From Lingula anatina (lineage: Eukaryota; Animalia; Brachiopoda): a DNA stretch of 64,000 bases. Location: positions 9,858,001 through 9,922,000 of the forward strand of contig CM120640.1 in NCBI GenBank assembly GCA_051362555.1. Direction: 5' to 3'. Under the pieces are notes generated by a model. It made no database searches. It was not told where the DNA came from and was given only the letters and a program-made list of their open reading frames with translations. The position numbers and the translations under genes are program-made. Below are positions 28,401 through 58,140 of this stretch, one piece after another (the first letter of the stretch is position 1; each line of letters begins with the position of its first letter).

Positions 28401-30020
28401 AATTGTGCTAAGGATTACACTGATAAAAATCAACTAACACAGTCTGGCACAAGGGCCTTGAATGAAATAGATAAACCATCTTCTATATTGTCCAACTTTC
28501 TACACATTTACAGAGGGGTGATTCCAGCATTTTTTTTTTTTTTTGTTCTATTAAATAACTTAGTCCAAAAATTATGATAAACCAAGGGGAAAAACAAACA
28601 TGTTTTATCATCTTTAGCCAAATTATTAATCATTAGCTGTGGAAATAAAATAAACTTGTATGGGCCTAATAACGCCTCACTATATAATACCACACAAAGA
28701 CACAATTTGATAACAACTCAGCATAAAATTTAAAGCCATCTCTTGTGTCTAGTCATGCTTCAATTTTTAAAGAACTACAAAACATACTTGAAATTCTCCA
28801 GATCTTAACAAGGACAGTTGTTTAAATTATGCTGCAAAAAATAATACTATAACAAAATCACACAGCCATCTCTAAGATGACCTAGATCAGTTTTTAAAAT
28901 TGGCTACCACACAAGGGAGGTTGAAAGGGAGAAAAATACTAACAAATAATCAGTGTGACCAGAATATTAAATTTGTTATACACCAAAATTTAATAACTTT
29001 TTTGCCACGATTCTAATTAAAATAGCAATAATAGCCAAAATTTACCTGACAAATTGAAATTTTTAAATTTCTACAAATTAATACACCAAGAGGTCTGTTC
29101 TTCTCCAATTAACTCCCATCATTAATGTCTTCAAATATCCTGAACAAATGTTGATTGTTAACAGACATCATGGAAAATAAAACAGAACTGAATGAAATTT
29201 CATACCTGGATCTTTCAATAAAGATCAAAAGAATTGCTCATAAAATCCAGAGGTCCCAACTTGAAGTTGAATACTGGAAGGAAAATTAAACAATATTATA
29301 ATTTTTAAATGAGTATTTGTCGTCTGTTTATCAATGGTGTCTTGAACTCTTAGACTTTCCGTTCCAGTATCTTACCTGTCCTCAATCTCACCGCAAGTAT
29401 TATGAACACAGAACCGCTGGTGTGTGTATATAAACTGAAATGAAAATCCCCAAACAAAGAAACACAGATAAAGAACTGGATGTTAATACAACAGTAAAAC
29501 ACTTTTCCTTTACCTCAAGGCTTTAGTGTATATGTATGTATAAGAGACCTCAGCCTGAGCCAACACCAATGGAGACGTTGTTTACCTTGGTCAATCACCC
29601 TATAATCACCTGATTGTTCGGCGCTTTGAAATACCAGGCATTAAATCGGGTCGAAAAGTTTGCACGCAATTAGACCGTAACATGCCTCAATCTTTCACCC
29701 AAGCCAGACGACTAAATAAAAACTAACTCTCTGTGTTCTATTCATGGAATCTGGTAGCCTTTTAAACCATTTACAAAGTGGATTGTTTGTCCAGCGGGAC
29801 TTCACAGGCTTACAGTATTTACCTGTGTTTTATAGCAATTATAATATAAAGTTGAATCTGGCTAATGCAACTATATAGCATGTGCCCTTTTTTGTTCAAA
29901 TCTATTCATGGTGGTCAAAACAAAAAAGTTCTCATACAGTCAAGTGCAAGAATAATTGGAAAGAAGGGGAAAAATGAGAAAGGGCATGAGATATAGGGTA
30001 TGAAATACATCTACTTGTAG

Positions 30021-30024
<4 letters not shown>

Positions 30025-30060
<36 letters not shown>

Positions 30061-30075
30061 AGGGAGAGAGAGAGA
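30025..30075. repeat. (AG)n/(GGGA)n microsatellite
   Basis: Direct reading. Confidence 0.9.
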
Positions 30076-33000
30076 AAGGAAAAAGAGATTTTTTTATTTC
30101 AATGAAACCAAAGATTTAAAAAAATTAGCACTAATCAAGCCAGAGACCAATGTTCTATACAAACTTAAAGACTTATCAGCAGATGATATAGTTTTAATTT
30201 TAGGACAAATCCAAATGCTTCAAATCATAAGATAAACAATTATATGAGGGTATCAAGTCTGCATTTTCAGGTCATGTTTGATCTTTCTATTTCAAAGTAA
30301 ACATCACCATGAGATTCATTCATCTTGCCTATCAATGTGTGAATGTGTCACAAATGTCACCTCTCCTCAAGGGGGCCATAATATCTCCTGTCTACAACTT
30401 TTCTTTACACTATCACATGCCACTTTGTTCAAAGTCCGATACATGTATTCCAAATGTAGTTGTGCACCCAAGGGGCCCATTGCTTTAGACAAAATTTCCT
30501 AAAGAAGCACAAAGTCAAGATGGGTCACTAAAGGTGAAATCAAACTAAAACTAAAACCAGAATGGCATCGACCTTTTAAAGGAAAAAACAAATTTATCTA
30601 ACATTTATTCTCTTGTCTGAAGAACAAAGGGTAAACACGCCTCCTATAAGAAGATGAGAGTTCATAGGCAGTGTTGTATAGAAAAGTGTCCACGAGGATT
30701 CCTCAGTGGCTCTATAGATAGTTTTTATCTTAAAAAACACTGGACTGCATGTTTATCTATATTGGTAGTTTGGTAGCTCTTACTCATGTAAGTATGCATG
30801 TTAACATGTCTGAACTTAAATGCTGGTGACCTCATCCTTTCTTTCTGACATTTAATTACAACACCTACTTAAATTCAAGATTTTTTGTGCGACCTTAAAA
30901 TGCCAGACAACCCAGAGTGTATAAGAAATAACTTTTTGATGATTTCAAACATGACATCCATTTTAACTACTCAATATAAAAAGTAAACTGGCATATTAAA
31001 TATTTAAGTATCTCAGACAATATGTAATATTCAAGCAAACATCATAGAGCCCCATTTCAAAATAATCAATACATGTACATACTTTGAAAACAGTGTAATT
31101 ATAACAGTTCAGTGGTCTAAGGTTTAAGGAGCAGATTAGAAGCCAACAGTTGACAAATGACTCACACCCACTGATAATACCTGTGATTACTTTATTAAAT
31201 AATCCTGGTTTACTTTCCTACACATGGGTATATAGATAATGCTAAGGCTAAGCAAACACAAATTGTCAGATATAATGTACTTACATACTTCCAATTAATA
31301 AAAATCAAATATCAATAAAAAGTTATTTATTAATCTAGAATTTTTTAAAACATAAAGATACAGCTGAAGATAACCAACATAAAGATGAACTAATAAGAGA
31401 TTAAAAGAATTGACAGCAAGACAAAAACTTTATCACTAATGGATCTTCCCATTAAGTTGCACTGCCTGCTTAAAAATGTATCTATTTTAATTTGAATCAG
31501 ATCAAAGTAAATAAGAAAAAGGTTGGAAGAGATATGAGGAATCTATATAAGTGATTTACTTTGGCAAAAAATCCTTTATGTTCAAATCAAGTAAGTCCAC
31601 ATTACAAGAAAATGCATTACCAATACTGTCATTTAAATTTAGTTAATGTGTATCACACCTGTTTCTAAGCTAAAACTTTAAAAGAATATCAATATTCTAT
31701 ACAATAAGGCAATTTGTGCAGTTACAATAACAATTCATTTTATCGGTATTATTAAGATTATTATTTTTCAAGGGTGTGTTTACTTTTCAGTAATAGATTA
31801 CAAAGTGTTTAATTTTTCTCTGAAGGACAATCCATTCACTTTCCATTGTTTTAAATTCTTCATTTTCTTTTAAAATAGCCAGAACTTTAGTGTCAAAAAA
31901 ATATAAATTTTTCTATCTCTGCTCTGGAATTGCCCTTTGTGCAATATAAAATGCTAAGAATGCATATAACTGTTCAAATGACAGTGAAGATGAAAAATAA
32001 ATGTGTAGGATATTTGGGGGTTTATATTTTCAAAGAGTGATAGTCAGCTTATTCTATAAAACTACTGATAATGAGAGGATTATTTTTCATTTTAGTTTAT
32101 ATCATAAAAAAGCAAATAAAATGAATATTAAATGGTTCTTTTAATCTCAAGCAGACTTTGAAATATATGGTATTAATATTATTTATATAAATGGGGACAA
32201 ATATTCTTCCAGAGAGAGAATATATGTTACTACCAGTTCATCCAAGAACTGGCAGCCTCCAGGTTTGTTTAGATTTCTCTTACCTTGTCAGTCCAGTCAT
32301 TTAGATATGGAAATTCAACTTCAATCAGGTGTCATATTTCATTTTTTAAAATAATTAATTTCAAGGTTTACATCATTTTTTAAACACAGATGACCAAGCA
32401 TTAAGGCATGTGGCACCAGCAATCTGAAAGAGTTGAGGTTTCCACTGAATTTCACTGCTAGAATTTAAGCATGCAATTTGTTTTTCTGATAAAACAATGC
32501 AGTAGCAGTTACCAAATCAATTTCCTCCTAAATATCTGAGTTGTCAAGTCTACATCTCAATACTAGTGGATTTTGAGCCTTTAGCAAGCAAAGTTGTTAT
32601 CAGCAAACTTCAAATAACCTCTATAGGATGGTGGGGTTTCAGTTATATCACTTTAGCATGCTAGAGTATGGCATATGTGTGATAAGGAATCAACATTAAA
32701 TGGGGATATAGCAATAAATATGCAACATTTAATGTGTTATAGCTAGTCAACATGCAGCCATAAAGATTTTATGATTGGCTTAAAATATAATGCTTTTAAC
32801 AATATCTAGCATTTAAGTAACAATGGAGATCAAACACTTTATATATTAAGACCAAAATAAATTTGTATGTATATGGTATTAAAAGCTATCAAAAATGGCA
32901 TCTCACACAATTCTTAAACACATATTTTAATTCTTATTTGATAAATCAATCAGAGACAACATTACTTACCAATATGCTTGTGTTGCTTTTACAGACCAGC

Positions 33001-34224
33001 TATGGCAAATACTGATATACAATATTAATATTCTTTAAAACACACTAAGAAATTAAGAGTTTGCGTGTGTCCAAAGTCCTGTAACGAGTGGCAAATCATC
33101 AAATGTTTGCCCACCTGGTGTTTTAAAAATAATCTACCTATAAGCATGTAATTCCAAACTCCAGAGTCCAATCTAGTCTTTGATAGAATGATGAATGAAT
33201 GTTGTCTTTGATAGTATGATAAATGAATGTCAATATAATAATAACAGATGTGACTTTATAACATATGCCTTTGACCCTAGCACAAATAACTCTCAATGGG
33301 GAACATAGTTCTTGTGTCATAGCACTACATTAAATTTAAAGATGAAAAGACCGCGAATGAGTTAGTATTAAATAATGTGTTGGTGAGAAAAGTAAAGCAG
33401 CACTGTTGCAAGTGACTGCATGGGAGAGTTATGCAATAGCCTGTATTCATCTGAATTGGCCTGTGGCAGACACGGTCTGGTTTCTGGCGTGGTGTCTAAT
33501 ATCACTTTATGAAATATTAACCCTCAGGATCCAAAATGTGAAAAGTAAACTTGACCCTCTCTGCTTTTATTTGGAATAGACCTACTATTCAAAATGGAGT
33601 TCACAGGCATTGGAAATAGATCAAAGTAATGGGAAGGGTTGTTGCAAAACTGAGACATGCTGTACCCATATGACTCATGTGTATAGGTTCCAGAATGCAT
33701 GTAGGCCCTACTCCACTGCTGTTTTTCTATTTATAAAAAAGTGCACTTTCAAGTAACATTATTTATCAACTGCCAATTTATTAGAAGACATCTCAATTTT
33801 TGCTCGCCAAATCACTCATCTGTACCAGAATAAGGATACTAATGAAATGAAAGAATAAATCAATAAATAAACTAATGGGAATATTAAAATAGTTCAGTGG
33901 AATATTCATATGAAAAATCAGCCAACTCCTCGCTGGAATCCCGTCGTTACTACTCTTTTGTCTAAGTCTGAGGCAAGCAGGGTGAAAATATAAACCTGCT
34001 TTAGTAATTGCCTCAGTTTTCGGCTTTACACGCCAGGCTGTTTATTACCGTAAGATAAAGTAGCCCGGCCTAGATCTACATGTACCATGAACGTAACTGG
34101 AACTTGTCAGGCCGAAAACTGAGGTGCACTAACGAGGCAGACCTATGCACCATAAAGTCCATTCATTACATTTTCTTTGGTTAACAACTATGTTTTCCTT
34201 TTTTTGAAAATCATAAACCAAAGT

Positions 34225-34400
34225 TGTGCGAAAAATGCCCCCCCAATTATTTCGCAGCGTTTACCTTTCACTGACGCCAGACGAACTTCCCGGCAGATGT
34301 GACTTCCTGTCCAAGAGATGGCGCTTCAGGACGGTGCACAATTGCAGCAGCAAAAGGGCCATCTCGCTGTTGCGAAGAACTTTACTTTTTCATCCAAAAA
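34225..34400 (-). promoter_or_regulatory. CpG-rich housekeeping-type promoter with a candidate non-coding first exon (donor AAG|gtaaac at 34264)
   Basis: ETS-like acttccc/acttcct motifs, YY1-like agatggcg near 34316, CpG enrichment, minus-strand donor. Confidence 0.45.
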
Positions 34401-35650
34401 TAAGGTTTTAAAGTCCTAACTTTTATTCCAAAAGGCCGCACAATATTGATAAGTTGGCTTACGAGCGGCGACTCTCTAAACAGGGTGTAGGCAGGCAAAA
34501 TTTATTTTTGATTTTTAAACATGATTTTAACAAGTATAGTACGTACCTAAATAAACCGTAGGGTCGGTCGTAATTTCTTTTCTTTTCTTTCTTTTTTCTT
34601 GTCTTTCTTTCTTATTTCTCTTTTTTTCGAGGGAGGAAATGTCAAGTCCATAGAATTCAGTTTTTCCTGTGGACAGTTATAAATTTCTCTCACTTACCAA
34701 ACCAATTAATACTCAATGCATTTTTTCATTTGAAATAATAAATTTGGCACGAAAAAATTCTACTGACATCTTAACAATTATCGCAATTATCGCCCTTAGT
34801 GATCAGTTATATTAGGCCTAACTGGAATTTTCTCTTCGCTCTGAGTCTGATGAGCTATTTTAGTTAAAGGTATTGTTCCAAACTTATTAAACGCTTTAGA
34901 CTCACCGGTTTGAAGGTCTGTTGGTCCAATAATCATAATCTCTCTTTCATGTTTTGTCTTCCTCCGTCTCATATCATGCGAAATATGGAACACGCTGACT
35001 CAGATCTAAGCACGTGCGACTTGTGGAACTTGGCACAAACATGGTCCGTCATAAAAATTGAGAAAAAAATACTACACCATGCGCAAATTACATAAGCTTG
35101 CCTGCAAGGCTAATGCCCTCTGGCAACTAAAGCAGACGAGAGCCGGCTGACTTATTTCAAACTGCATTTTATTGATTCATTTGGCTGCAGGGCCTACCGG
35201 TACATACAACGTACAAGAAACGCTTTTCATATGATGTCATGACTCCAAAGTTCCACGATATACTCAGATTTTTTTTGCCTTCTGCTTTTCAAATATACAT
35301 TGCTTTGGTGGATATATATTCTACTGCAAAACAAACGTTTATTGGCCTTACATGTACTCTGCCTTTCAAGCTTGCAAGAACGAAAAAAACATGACTATGC
35401 CGGAAATTAAACATTTTTGCATGATTTCAAATATTTTTAGTAAACGGCCGTTTTGTAAATATGACACGGTGAACATGGAGACAAAAGACACAGCCGTGGT
35501 ATATCTAACAAACGTCACGCACGAACGAAAGTTTTTATAAGTCGTGGCATAATCAATTACAGCAATCGTCAGCAAGTTGTGCTGCATGTGACATCCCATC
35601 GCACTTCGCTCTCGCAGGTATCTCATGGGAGACTGCGAGCGCGTTTTTCA

Positions 35651-35798
35651 CTGGGCCCCGTAATTCGTAAGCATCGCGAATTGCGATAGCACCTTTCATT
35701 TCGAGGCTATCATATGGGGCGAGTAAATGCCGAGTTATGGAAAAAAAGACGCTTGCGCTCGGTCGCAATTCGCGATGCTTTCGAGTTACTGAGCCCAG
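35651..35798. mobile_element. Short palindromic MITE (about 148 bp)
   Basis: ctgggccccgtaattcgtaagcatcgcgaattgcga pairs with tcgcaattcgcgatgctttcgagttactgagcccag (36-bp imperfect TIR); no clear TSD. Confidence 0.7.
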
Positions 35799-36131
35799 GT
35801 GCGAAGTATTGTTTAGGTATGTTAAAAGGATCACATACGGAAATGCAAAAGTTCAAGTGATATTCAGGTTTTGATGGGCCAATAAAAAGTTCAATTAAGA
35901 ATCAGACTTTTTTTTAATCTTCAAATTCCAATTTCGCATTTTTGGGGCCAAATGCGAGTGGGAGCGAGGCTGGAGAAAAACTATACGTTTAGCATCTTCT
36001 GAACAAATACTACGAGATCATGAAGTTACTGGAAACGGCAACATGATAGTAGCAGAGGCGTTTCAATTGGCTCCACTCGTCACCCAAACCCGTTAAATAC
36101 AATCATAACCAATACCTGAGTACAGTGTTGT

Positions 36132-36137
36132 TTTATT
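36132..36137 (-). terminator. Candidate AATAAA polyadenylation signal of the clathrin heavy chain 3' UTR
   Basis: tttatt on + strand about 1.06 kb downstream of the CLTC stop. Another AATAAA lies near 36280. Confidence 0.35.
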
Positions 36138-37193
36138 TCCTCTAATATCAACTTGTACAGATGAAGAAAGTCTTGCTTTGATTTTCTGCACACCAATAAC
36201 AAGGGAAGTAGAATGTACAGCTCAATAAATTACACAGTGCAAGACAATTGCTAGTGCTACCTCTGGTTCACTGCAGATTTTATTACTCACATATAGTTTG
36301 GTTACCAAGAGGTTTAAATGCAAGTAGCAGTAAAATGCTAATTGTCAAGTTATTGGCATTTCACCTGGAGCTCTTCCATTAACCCATTTGCCCCTTGCCT
36401 AACAGCTTTCTAAAGTGCACACAATAGCCCAATCAGAACAAGACAGACACCAAATCAACAAAACTGCAATTTTCCTTATCTCCTACACACAAAACTTCTT
36501 ATTATTATTGGCATTATTTCACAGTATCTTTCAGTTTACTGTCCAAACACGACCCTTTCTCTGTTATCATTGGCATTACTTTCAATGTACAAACATATAT
36601 TCTAACATTACAAGCATAAATTTTCTACAACTTCAATGCAGTATCACATTTTTATAGTCTCTAATCAAGATTTCCTTCATAAGACGTTAAGGTTCAAAGC
36701 TCTAAATTCAACTAAATGATACATCACATCTGTTATTACAATGTTATCTGCTTTCCCTAATAGATACATATCTAATGTCCATTGTTCCATGTATGACTTA
36801 CATACTTATAAACCATGTTTTATTTGTTTTTATATCTCTCTTCTTACAATAATTCGTAATGATGATATAATCGTCACAATCCAAGCAAGAAGACTGATCC
36901 CAGATCCAGGAACATTAAAAATACAGGAATTACTATGGTAGTAAGGCGGCTTTTGTCGCTGAAGAAGCACCAAATTTTTTAAAAAGTAATTTCATTGTCA
37001 CCGCTTCTTCTTTTCCAGAACTATATCAACAAGCCACATTCATAGAATTTTGATATATCACAAGCATTCTGAAGTCAATGATTTAATGGCATCACAACCC
37101 CAGAAGCTGCAATTCACGTCCTCCTCATCTCTTTTACACCCACTGCTTGGCCCCTGTTGATCAGTTTGTGCTCCATTCAAGCCCAACTTCCCT

Positions 37194-54801
<17,608 letters not shown>

Positions 54802-54899
54802 CTTGCTTTTCTTGGCTGTCTCAGGATCTCATGCACCTGATGCAGTGTGTGTTCAAGGCGTACTTTCTGTTATACCGGTGGCTGTCTTCACTGTCTAAC

Positions 54900-55195
54900 A
54901 GTTCGATTAGTATAAGATGGCGGCCACCGGGTGAGGAGGATGTCGAAAGTAGTTCTATATCAATACGCACAAGCGTCACATCAAATTTAAATGTTCCACA
55001 GGGCTATAGTGTACGTTTTTCGTGAAGAGGGGCACTCTGCTACTTTAAAAAGATGCTTTCATTTTCTTACATTTGCTTTAGTTGCGGTATTATTCTACAA
55101 ATAAGAAGAGAAAAGAGACCTAGGTTTCGTCAGGTCACTTCCGTGTCAATCAGTGAGCGCACCTGTCACGTGAGTTGCATGACGTGTAGTCCAAA
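54900..55195 (-). promoter_or_regulatory. CLTC proximal promoter region with YY1, ETS, E-box/CLEAR-like and CRE-like motifs
   Basis: aagatggcggc at 54914, cacttccg at 55136-55143, gtcacgtgag at 55165-55174, tgacgt at 55180; locally CpG-rich against the CpG-poor background. Confidence 0.55.
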
Positions 55196-55601
55196 TATAA
55201 AATGCTTGCAGGTCATTCTGAATGCAACACACTGTGTATGGTTGATTTCCTCTTTGACGCCATCCACGAAGATGTCATATTCTGACAAGCTTTCAATTAA
55301 TGTTAAGTTTACTAAAAACAACAGATAAAGTTTATAATGACAAAAAATAAATTTACAAGAAAGTGGAAATTAAACCGAAGACAGTGTAATGCGAAGGATA
55401 ATAATATATATATGCCACTTTCATTATCAGTTTCAATTTTTGGAGCAAGTTCACTGGATATCCAACTTGTGTGCACACAGAATTCCATCCGTTTTCCTTT
55501 TCAACTACCTGTCATACGTGTACGTATACTATAAAAATATGGAATTTCGAATGTATTGATGTACATGTACAGTATTAAATTATATCTTGTAAAACCTGCC
55601 A

Positions 55602-56165
55602 ACATGACAAAAAATTATATTCTTTAAGTGTCAGGCCTATTTGCAGCACATGACAAGAAATTATATTCTTCAAGTGTAAGGCCTATTTCAGGCATAGACG
55701 ATCATGGTCCTCCAGTTTACTCTATTTTCATTCGATTGAATGAGCTTATTCTTGGCCAGTCATTGATTGATTGATTGCAAAAGCACAAAGACTGTCAATG
55801 TATGAAGTTCTCCGTCTTTCTCTACTCCTATACTTCCTTCAATTTTCTTTCTCAATTTTCCCACAGAGAACTTTTTTTTCTATTCCATCTTTTCTGATTT
55901 TATGGCCCAAAGATTTCATTTGTCTTTTTCTGATCGTTTTCATCAGTGAGCATTGTACTCCTGCAAGTTGTAACACTTCTCCATTGGTCTTTCTTTCTAT
56001 TTAGGATATTCTCAACAATCTATATACATACAAATAAGTACCACATTTCCATAGCTCTCAGTTTCTTCTTAGGGTTGTTGGAGATATTCCACCATTAACA
56101 ACCATAGAAGGGGACTGAGCACATGTAGCATTTCAGTGTTCTTATTTTTGTGTCAATGGAGACGT
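55602..56165 (-). mobile_element. 5'-truncated, decayed RTE-clade LINE 3' end
   Basis: Minus strand reads KIRTLKCY..VPFYGC, then RKTNGEVLQLAGVQCSLMKTIRKRQMKSLGHKIRKDGIEKKVLCGKIE and NRVNWRTMIV, matching the post-RT C-terminus of RTE ORF2; ends in a 46-bp-period tandem duplication (55602-55688). Confidence 0.8.
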
Positions 56166-56587
56166 TTTTATTCTATATATAGTATGGGGCTCATCTTATA
56201 TAAGCAATGTATTGGAACTTTATGCTATATTATGAACCTATAATTTTGCTACCAATAATATTTTGTCCAACATAATACGAACCACTTCATCACATGTGAA
56301 GAGTTATTTTCACTACTTTCATTTTTGAAGCAATGAAGGATACCATTTTTTGTGGAATAATAAAACAGGGTAATTTTTAGTGCATTTTACAATCTTGGAA
56401 ATTAAAATTATGTTAATAAAATCCTTCCAGCATGTAAATTTTCCACTGATAGTTATACAGTGCAAAGCAAATAATAGCATTTCCCTTAAAAAATTCTTGT
56501 CATTCTAATTGCTTTTTCTTTTTTGACAATTTGCGAAACCTTTAATTGAGATTTCTGAAAAGGCCTGTTCTATGTTACACTTGGATT

Positions 56588-56590
<3 letters not shown>

Positions 56591-56637
<47 letters not shown>
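56591..56637. repeat. Poly-A run (47 nt)
   Basis: Direct reading. Confidence 0.9.
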
Positions 56638-56639
<2 letters not shown>

Positions 56640-56986
56640 GGCTATCTTCAAGCCCTAAATATGATATTGATTACCATTATTTGACACATGCACATACTTT
56701 CAGCTGTGCCAGTTGTAGAATTAATAAAACATCTTATAACTCTTACATGAAGAATACAAAATTGCACATTTTTTCCCAATACATTATCTCTAATCATACA
56801 TGTGTATGCATCATAAAATAAGACGAGCAGTACTCATGTGCACATGTACATACACTTACAAAAAGAAAAAATAGTATCCCAAAACGTGTGTGTGAAGTTT
56901 CTCTTTATCTAGAAGAGTTACATGTATGCCAATTAATGGATAAAAAAGACATTTTCTTATTTTATACTGTCCATAGTCATCATCCA

Positions 56987-58140
56987 TCACAAATCGGGGG
57001 AATATATAAAATCAAGAGCTATCTTTTCTTCTAGAGTAAGTCCTGGATGCCACAGGTCCACCATGAACACAACTCTGGAACCCTCTCCTTTCACTGAGTG
57101 TTTCACTGAGTGAGAAAATGAATCGTCAAAAACAGTGCACTGCCCTTGCTTCCACGTGGCTGTCTGGCCTCCCACATGTAGCTCACATTCTGGAGGGACC
57201 ACAAGTCCTGTTAATGAACAATAATAATAATAATAATAACCAAGACAGAATAAATTAATCAATCACATCATTAAAAATCAAACAAATCCTTTTACAGCAG
57301 AACTTTTTTCTTTATGTATAAAATTTTAATATACCAGGTTATGTTTATTGGCACGTTTTAACTGTTAGTCACTGCTAATACATACATACATACATACATA
57401 CATACATACATACCTAAATGAGTTCTAATCCGGATGTTTGTGGGCCCAAAGTGTTCCGCTATTTCTGTACCTGGATACACCACTGAGAAAGATGCATTGC
57501 CTAAGAGATTACAGCCCATAAAGGAAGGCAATGCCTTTAGAAGACTTACAGTATGTGAGCACTTTTTGCAATTGTCTTCAAGTTTAGTGCCTTGGTTTAC
57601 TAAGTGAAAAACTAGCCATTTTCCAGTTGGGGTAGTGTTACAAACCCACCCAACAGTACTGGCATACACACATTCAAATTCTTTGAATATTGAATCAGCA
57701 TTTGATTCCAGTATTTTTACATCTGCTTGGAACATGCAGTCTTGCCAGATTGGCTTTGCAAGTAATCCTTTCACATAAAGTACATTTGGGCATTGATTTT
57801 CCACCTCATATTCTACGTTTCCTTCTGCCATCACTGACTCAGATATTCTGTCCAAATGCTTATGGTTGGTTTTTGGCCCCTCTGGTTCTGCCTGGACAAT
57901 TGCTAAATACATATCTAGTCTCTTTTTTGCCCTTATTTGCGCCTGTTCATATTTGTTGCACCTGACACAACCAGGAGAATCACACAAGGCTGATGAGTTG
58001 TGTTGGATTTTATCTCCGTGATAAAAAATTGAAATAAATTTGACAAACGATTTCCTATTTATAAAAATAAATGTAAATAAAGCGACACAGAACAAAAAAC
58101 AAAATCCTTCCGACAAAAACTCTTTCCATAATGATTCCAT
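56987..58140 (-). CDS. ASPHD2: Aspartate beta-hydroxylase domain-containing protein (ASPHD2-like), 2 exons (57414-58140, 56987-57207), 315 aa
   Basis: N-terminal TM anchor, CDSPGCVRC motif, EHFGPTNIRIRTHLG|LVVP across a phase-1 GT-AG intron, FDDSFSHSV and RVVFMVDLWHP motifs of the Asp/Asn beta-hydroxylase family. Confidence 0.92.
57378..57413. repeat. (ATAC)n microsatellite starting at the ASPHD intron donor
   Basis: Direct reading; produces the MYVC repeat in the ORF track. Confidence 0.9.

Noticed and set aside
54914-54936. Plus-strand ATGGCGGCCACCGG|gtgagg as the first exon of a divergent gene
   Set aside because: Better explained as a YY1 motif in the CLTC promoter; no downstream plus-strand exons were found before DNAH10
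56546-56821. ORF with a long poly-K / poly-A run as a retrocopy tail
   Set aside because: No recognisable retro-sequence upstream and no TSD; simple homopolymer whose length may be assembly-dependent
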